Shown in pieces: positions 58,901-64,000 of a stretch of 64,000 nucleotides of DNA. The position numbers and the translations under genes were made by a program. The DNA comes from Gammaproteobacteria bacterium (lineage in GTDB: Bacteria > Pseudomonadota > Gammaproteobacteria > UBA4575): positions 640,001-704,000 of the forward strand of contig CBDEUS010000002.1 of NCBI GenBank assembly GCA_965243395.1, written 5' to 3'. The stretch's first letter is position 1; every line of letters begins with the position of its first letter. The notes beneath the pieces were generated by a model. The model worked only from the letters and a program-made list of their open reading frames with translations, searched no databases and was not told the origin of the DNA.

Positions 58901-59062
58901 AGCACCGGATAAAGTTGTGGTGATGACGGCAGCCCGAATGATAAAGCCAGGGTCTCTAGCTTTAGGTAATTGTTGATAAGCCAAAATGCCGCTTACAATG
59001 AGTAGTGCAATTAATATATAAACGACGCGGTCGAAGCGAAATGCAAATTGAGTGATGTTCAT
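55976..59062 (-). CDS. RND efflux permease
   Basis: 1028 aa; GLLVDNAIV..E, GIIINNAIVL, RVRPILLTT. Confidence 0.93.
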   Translation of the reverse strand: MNITQFAFRFDRVVYILIALLIVSGILAYQQLPKARDPGFIIRAAVITTTLSGASPERMELLVTDKLEKKIQEMPEVDYIKSESRNGISIITVNFLESYTEMRPIFDDLRRKVDDVEAELPEGASDPFVNDEYGDVFGSVYTLTGDGYSYAELKDVADDIRDRILKLPDVAKVNLYGVQKESIFVEYDNARLTELGISPKQLSALLGTVNILSSGGDILTGRERIVLEPTGNFETLEDLRKTVVPTPNGSVVYLGDIANIYRDYEDPPESVARANGQSTIAIGISMREGGDILKLGEQLDRVIPEIRTLYPWGIELEKIWFQANLVKTNVDEFVKSLLQAIAIVCVVIVIMLGLKTGVVVASLIPTAMIIAIFVMQVFGITINQISLAALIISLGLLVDNAIVMVESILVKYDSGLTAINAAIDSGRELFLPLLTSSLTTSAAFMPIALAESAVGEYTSDIFYVVTITLLVSWFVAMTFIPMLSATSLKSRKQNSSTENLHAFNSNFYTLYRNILLLVLKHKILFGVLVAILFFSAIKGLAYVRVAFIEPSEDPVFNGAIEMPLGTSIEANQAVIEDIDQFIYKEFYKPSNGEAKIKNWLTFVGEGGPRLDLGLNPPNQNPANSFIIANTVNGKDVEVIIQGIEKYAAKNHPDLNLRLSRLENGPPVGYPIQIRISGPEIKQLYKIADQVTTYLYENKDVTHVKNTWGKQTKKLLVEVDQERARRAGVTSDDVAYSLNASLTGIDMTEFREEDKLIPITLRSIAADRQDIGKLDGTSVYSESTGNSVPLKQVADVRLVFEPGMIERRDRDRTITLKAKIRTDATANDVNKTLSPWLQETQKTWPRDYYYTEGGESEEAEKGNASIAVKLPIAGMAILLLLVAQFNSVRRPLIILATIPLGIIGVTVGLLIASSSLGFFTLLGLISLSGIIINNAIVLIDRIKIEIEELGKEVRHAIIDACQQRVRPILLTTATTVLGMMPLWWGGTAMFRPMAITIIFGLLFATFLTLLLVPVLYSLFFRVSYKSYEH

Positions 59063-59066
59063 AATG

Positions 59067-60182
59067 TTAGTGGGTCAATACTTCTAAACCTTCTCTAACA
59101 ATATTTACTCCTGCAGTAACAATATGGTCACCCACTTTAATACCTTCTACAATTTCAATGCCTGAGGGTGTCAATTCACCGGTTGTTACAATTTGTTTTT
59201 TAATCAGGCCGACATTTTCTTTACCTGTTTGTTCAACAAGATAAACATAGGTGCCAGAATCATCTTGCCCCACTGCAACTGCTGGAACAATAAAATGTTC
59301 TTGTTGATTTGAATTTTCAAATGTGAAGGATACTTGTGCCGCCAGTCCAGGTCTTAAACCACTAGGCGTATCCGTAAGCGTAACAGTAACCGGGAAAGTT
59401 GTGCTGGCACTTGAAGCCACCCCTACTTCAGTAACCTTACCTGAAAACTTTTGGCCGGGGATAATACTAAATGTAACCACAGCATCCATATCATTTTGAA
59501 TTTGACCGATCACACTTTCCGGAATATCTAGACCTATGTCTAAACGATCTCCACAAGTGACCACTAAGATGGTTTGTCCTGCATTCACATATTCATTTAT
59601 TTCTGCATTTTTTTCTGCAACACCGCATGCTTCTGAAGCATACAAATTCGTGTAAGATACATTTAAGCGTGCGAGTTCTAAGGCTTTTTTTGAAGCTCTA
59701 ACTTGCGCAGCACTGGACTCTGCATTAGAACGGGCGGTATCTAATTGATCTCTTGAAATATTATTATTTTCATATAAACCTTTGATGCGTTCGAAGTTAG
59801 CTTTTGCATTTCTTAGCGTGGCTTCAGCTTGCGCAAGGTTTGCTACGGATTGCTGAGCTTGTAATTGATAATCAGAAGGATCAAGTGTTGCTATGAGTTG
59901 ATCTGCTTGAAGCCTATCACCCACTTTAATCTCAAGTGTTTGGATTGTGCCTGATACTCTAAAGCTTAAATTAGATTGTAAATCAGCTTTGGCGGTGCCT
60001 GAAAAAGTACGAGTTAAGCCATTTTCAGGTGTAGAAACCACCATAGATCGAACTGATCTTAACGCAACATCTTCTTCAGTCGATTCTTTATCTTGTCCGC
60101 AACCCCAAATGTTTACAATAAGGGTGGTAATCAAAAATACTTGAATAATTTGTTTCATGTATTGTTTCCTCAGAACGTACAA
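59067..60182 (-). CDS. RND periplasmic adaptor (lipoprotein)
   Basis: IWGC lipobox-like, LSFRVSG, helical hairpin, LRPG.A. Confidence 0.92.
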   Translation of the reverse strand: MYVLRKQYMKQIIQVFLITTLIVNIWGCGQDKESTEEDVALRSVRSMVVSTPENGLTRTFSGTAKADLQSNLSFRVSGTIQTLEIKVGDRLQADQLIATLDPSDYQLQAQQSVANLAQAEATLRNAKANFERIKGLYENNNISRDQLDTARSNAESSAAQVRASKKALELARLNVSYTNLYASEACGVAEKNAEINEYVNAGQTILVVTCGDRLDIGLDIPESVIGQIQNDMDAVVTFSIIPGQKFSGKVTEVGVASSASTTFPVTVTLTDTPSGLRPGLAAQVSFTFENSNQQEHFIVPAVAVGQDDSGTYVYLVEQTGKENVGLIKKQIVTTGELTPSGIEIVEGIKVGDHIVTAGVNIVREGLEVLTH

Positions 60183-60188
60183 TACGCG

Positions 60189-62558
60189 CTATTTTCTTGT
60201 AGCATAATATTCATTTAGTGCTTGATACCATCGATCAAACCCATCAGTTGTTAAAATTAAATCAAAGTTAGCTACTGCTCGTTGAACTTCAATCCAGTCA
60301 ATCATAAATTGATATTGCGCATCCACAGCATCGAGATTTGCAGCTAATGAGGCGTTTTGAGCATCAATCAAATCAGTAATTGAGACAACTCCCTTAGAAT
60401 AGGAGTCGATTACTAAATCCAAGTTTTCTTTTGCAGCTTTCGCAGCATTGTTACTTAAACGTATTCCGGGATAACTACCACTCGCTTGTTGTAGAGCGAT
60501 TAAAATGCGCGATTCAACTTGTTCATAAATATTTTCTTTATTATAAAGACTTTGTTGTAATTCATTACTAGCACTTGAAACAGCAGATTTTCGTGCACCG
60601 CTTGTAAATAATGGCAAACTTGCTTCAACTCCTACAGTCCAATCTTCATCTTCTAATTGCGATGAGTTACTGCCTACTCCGCTGCGATTAATATTTTGAC
60701 CATATTGTGCATTCAAACTTACGTCGGGTATGTAATAGGCGCGTTTTGCCGCTTTTAATCTTCGTTCATTAGAAGCGACAATAAATTCCGCACTTTTCAG
60801 CTCAGGAGCGTTATCTAACGCGCGTTGTACTTCAAATTCAACAAAAGTATTAAAATTTTGCGGGGTATCGAAAAAACGTTTAAATTTTTCACTGTCTAAA
60901 ATAATTAGCTGTTCAGTAATTCCTTCATCCGTTACCGATATTGGCTCGGCTAAGGGCAAATGTAATATTTGTTTTAAAAGAGTTTGTGCTTGTTCGCGTG
61001 TGGATTCTGCTGTGTACAGATTGCGTCTATCGGTTGCAATCTGACTCTGCCAACGAAGGACATCAGCGCGATCTGATGTACCGATTTTTAAACGTGTTTC
61101 AGCTAATTCAAGGTTTGTTTCCGTTACATCTAGATTTGATCTTATTACCTGCTCTGAAGCCATTGCAGACAATAATTCTAGATATGCAGTAGATGAATTA
61201 CTGATGATATCCAAAATGTTTTGACGTAGATTTTCATCCGCTGCATCTCTTAAAAACTTTGCAACAATAAAACCTGTACGTTGAGTTTCTGAATAAATTG
61301 TTTGCGACAAGTTAATCGAACTATCGGTAGTTTGTTCAACTCCAGAAATTCGTGCTGTGTCTTTGTCAATTTGTCGTGAATTGGCTCCAATACTTAACTG
61401 GGGCAATAATTCAGATCTTGTGCTGATTACATCATCTTCGGCTAATTCAAGATCAAGCCTGTCAATTTGTAGTGAAAGATTGGCATCAATCGCCTGTTGA
61501 ATGGCGCTTACCATATTGAAGGATTCACCTTGATTTTCCATACTTTCACGATAGAGGAGGTCAGCTACTTCAAGTAATTCCCATTTAGGAGAAAAGTCTA
61601 TCTCCTTTGCAGTGCGCATATTAATGGCTAGCTTTTCTGGTTGTTCCAGCGCAACTGCAAGATTCGCAGCATCGGTTCCTATCAAAATACTTTGTGTCAA
61701 TAACGCTATTCTTCTTGCATAGCGAAGAGTGTCCAGATCTCGGCCGCTTGAGGTGGCTAAGATACCCATTCTAAGTTCGTTTCTTCCAGTTAATGAGTAA
61801 CTAGGAATTTTTTTCGAAATTAGTCCCTGCGCAAATCGTTTAAACTCATCATTATTGAAGCGTAGTAAAGGCGGGACATAGATAGCATCTATCTTAGACA
61901 TCTCAACTAGTGCTTCATCAAGATTATTTACAATCGGAATAAGTGTGATGTTAAATCCAAGCTCACTTTGGACTTCACGAGTAACTCCGGTCAGTTGAGG
62001 TAAAGAATCTAAAAATAATTTATCGACTACGATTCCGAGATGTTTGAATTCCACTAATTCATAAAAGTTACGTAAATCATCTCCAACTGTGCGGTTGTCA
62101 CTGATATACACATAATTACGTTTACCACTGACACCGGGAGCTTGATAGGGCAGTTCTTGCAGTTCTCGATCAGCAACGATAGGCGCAATAACAGGCTTGT
62201 TTAAATTTTTGATCCGCGAGGCTTGGTGGCTTGATACTAATCCATTGGCGATAATTAAATCTATTGTCGGATCACTAAGAAGATCAGCGAGTTGATTGTT
62301 AATTTCTGTTGCTTGCCAATTACCATGACGAATTTTATCTTTAGGAAAAAAAACATTAAATTCGCCTGCATTTAAATCTTGTACTTCTTTTATGATTTGA
62401 TCGAGAGGTAAAAATTCACGTTTTACAGGTCCATCTAACACTATTCCTACATTGATTGTTTCTGCAGCGATCGAATGACTGGTACTCGTCAAAAATAAAA
62501 TGAAGTAGACAGAGATTATCCACCACAAACATGTTTTACGGATATCGAGTAAATACAT
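60189..62558 (-). CDS. TolC-family outer membrane factor with an N-terminal periplasmic-binding-like extension
   Basis: C-terminal ~450 aa has two OEP repeats (LLPQL, YY.PDV, LPLF..G, Y.KG...TDLIDAQ); N-terminal ~330 aa resembles ABC substrate-binding proteins (LAINMRTAKEI). Confidence 0.85.
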   Translation of the reverse strand: MYLLDIRKTCLWWIISVYFILFLTSTSHSIAAETINVGIVLDGPVKREFLPLDQIIKEVQDLNAGEFNVFFPKDKIRHGNWQATEINNQLADLLSDPTIDLIIANGLVSSHQASRIKNLNKPVIAPIVADRELQELPYQAPGVSGKRNYVYISDNRTVGDDLRNFYELVEFKHLGIVVDKLFLDSLPQLTGVTREVQSELGFNITLIPIVNNLDEALVEMSKIDAIYVPPLLRFNNDEFKRFAQGLISKKIPSYSLTGRNELRMGILATSSGRDLDTLRYARRIALLTQSILIGTDAANLAVALEQPEKLAINMRTAKEIDFSPKWELLEVADLLYRESMENQGESFNMVSAIQQAIDANLSLQIDRLDLELAEDDVISTRSELLPQLSIGANSRQIDKDTARISGVEQTTDSSINLSQTIYSETQRTGFIVAKFLRDAADENLRQNILDIISNSSTAYLELLSAMASEQVIRSNLDVTETNLELAETRLKIGTSDRADVLRWQSQIATDRRNLYTAESTREQAQTLLKQILHLPLAEPISVTDEGITEQLIILDSEKFKRFFDTPQNFNTFVEFEVQRALDNAPELKSAEFIVASNERRLKAAKRAYYIPDVSLNAQYGQNINRSGVGSNSSQLEDEDWTVGVEASLPLFTSGARKSAVSSASNELQQSLYNKENIYEQVESRILIALQQASGSYPGIRLSNNAAKAAKENLDLVIDSYSKGVVSITDLIDAQNASLAANLDAVDAQYQFMIDWIEVQRAVANFDLILTTDGFDRWYQALNEYYATRK

Positions 62559-62795
62559 TATTTTTATTATGCCTAATAACGATTAAAGAAGTTGTCAAAG
62601 ATTTTGAAAGTATAATGAAACAATGTCTGAACGATGGCAATTGCTGAGCATGATCAAAGTGATTAGAGGATTGCCTTAATTTGGTGCGGGTACCGTGTTT
62701 TTATCAGTTTTAAGAAACACTATTTATAGTCTAAAGCCAATAAAATTACTGATCTGTAGCATTTAATCAAATATCAGATACATTAGAATTTAGTC

Positions 62796-63320
62796 ATGAA
62801 TGACGCAAATCCAGAAGACCAAAATAAGCAAATCGGCAAAGGCATGATTATCATAGCCTGGGTGTTGATTTTTGGCATGCTCGTCTGGTTTTTTGGGATT
62901 TTGGAAACCAACAAACGTAATCCTAATCAAAATGTCGCCACTACGATTTCAACTACTGGTGAAAAAGAAGTCGTATTACAAAGCAGCAGTTATGGTCACT
63001 ATATAGCTAACGGAAAAATAAATAATAAAGAAGTAACGTTTCTGATTGATACCGGTGCGAGCTATGTATCGGTACCGGAAAGGGTCGCCAATAAAATCGG
63101 ACTAAAAAAAGGTGCTCCAATGTTGGTTTCAACAGCTAATGGTACCGTTGAAGTTTATGTAACCATCTTAAGTGAAATCAGCTTGGGAGAAATAAAACTC
63201 TATGATGTAAAAGCGGATATCAATCCACATATGGATGGCGACGAGATCTTATTGGGCATGTCTTTTTTACGTGGCTTATCAGTTACACATGAAGGTGAAC
63301 AACTGACAATCCGACAGTAA
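62796..63320 (+). CDS. Clan AA retropepsin-like aspartic protease (TIGR02281 type)
   Basis: N-terminal TM, GHY...G.IN, FLIDTGAS, TANG, LLGMSFL. Confidence 0.92.
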   Translation: MNDANPEDQNKQIGKGMIIIAWVLIFGMLVWFFGILETNKRNPNQNVATTISTTGEKEVVLQSSSYGHYIANGKINNKEVTFLIDTGASYVSVPERVANKIGLKKGAPMLVSTANGTVEVYVTILSEISLGEIKLYDVKADINPHMDGDEILLGMSFLRGLSVTHEGEQLTIRQ

Positions 63321-63481
63321 GTAATACTGATTTTATTACTACAACTAATCCTATCTTATTGATTTTAAGCACAATTAGTCATTTATAAAATAGATTACTA
63401 TATTGTTTTTAATTCAATTTACTAATTGATAAAAATTGCGCATATTTACTCTTATATCAAGTAGTACTTAAGGGTTTTATT

Positions 63482-63952
63482 ATGAATGCAATAGATATAG
63501 GTATTGAAGAAAAAGATCGAGTGAAGGTTGCAGAAGGGCTCAAGCACTTGCTTGCCGATTCTTACACGTTATATCTACAAACACATAACTTTCATTGGAA
63601 CGTAACAGGCCCACAATTTGCAGAATTGCATGTGATGTTTGAAGAACATTACACAGAATTAGCCACTGCTGTGGATGAAATAGCAGAAAGGATTCGAACT
63701 CTTGATGTTGCAGCTCCTGGTACTTATAAAGAGTTTGCTAAATTAAGCAGTATAGAAGAAGTGGATGGTGTTCCCGCAGCCAATGAAATGGTTGATTTGC
63801 TTAAGAGTGGGCACGAGAAAGTTGTAAAAACATGTCGTACAGTACTAAACGTGGCCCAGGATGCCGATGATGAGTCAACGCTTGCATTAGTGTCCGATCG
63901 CATGCGAATTCATGAAAAAACGGCATGGATGTTACGGGCAATCAATTCTTAA
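63482..63952 (+). CDS. dps: Dps family DNA-protection ferritin
   Basis: [29 protein letters not shown]. Confidence 0.95.
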   Translation: MNAIDIGIEEKDRVKVAEGLKHLLADSYTLYLQTHNFHWNVTGPQFAELHVMFEEHYTELATAVDEIAERIRTLDVAAPGTYKEFAKLSSIEEVDGVPAANEMVDLLKSGHEKVVKTCRTVLNVAQDADDESTLALVSDRMRIHEKTAWMLRAINS

Positions 63953-64000
63953 ATCGATAAGAAGGATGAGCTGATTATGATTAAAAATTTAATGACGAAT

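Noticed and set aside
63320-63481. OxyR or Fur site upstream of dps
   Set aside because: Only partial matches in very AT-rich DNA.
63977-64000. ORF start (MIKNLMTN) after dps
   Set aside because: Only 8 codons are visible at the window edge, so it cannot be assigned.
1-64000. CRISPR arrays, rRNA/tRNA, IS elements, prophage or defence systems
   Set aside because: No regularly spaced repeats, RNA-gene signatures, or transposase/integrase/phage ORFs were seen by eye.

Overview
This 64 kb AT-rich window looks like gammaproteobacterial chromosome, probably from a microaerophilic sulfur oxidiser (aprMBA, cbb3 oxidase, FNR). I saw no rRNA, tRNA, CRISPR array or mobile element. From left to right it holds: (i) a partial NodU/CmcH-type carbamoyltransferase and a ferritin-like/SxtJ-like protein; (ii) divergent selenoneine genes senB/senA, with an ArsS-like radical SAM gene and a TVP38-fused flavoprotein nearby; (iii) housekeeping and efflux genes plus a frameshifted SIS-domain isomerase; (iv) a ~15 kb low-oxygen island (19.6-34.8 kb) containing two unannotated small membrane ORFs, cytochrome c, truncated globin, ompW, an FNR with an unusual Asp in its recognition helix, a GST-GST-AlkB/XylM-like diiron enzyme operon, Yip1-ccoNOQP-FadL-DUF302-hemerythrin, fpr and a Rieske ferredoxin; (v) a CbbQ-like ATPase divergent from aprMBA, with no sat nearby but a HIT plus GalT-like (probable APS:phosphate adenylyltransferase) pair 10 kb downstream; (vi) an RND system with an extended TolC, an aspartic protease and dps. 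In the island, six promoters carry (C/T)TGNT-N4-like FNR palindromes sitting 21-22 nt from a -10-like hexamer. The best candidate for an undescribed system is the FNR-controlled GST2-AlkB-like operon and its microoxic support genes. All calls come from motif recognition by eye; no database searches were run.
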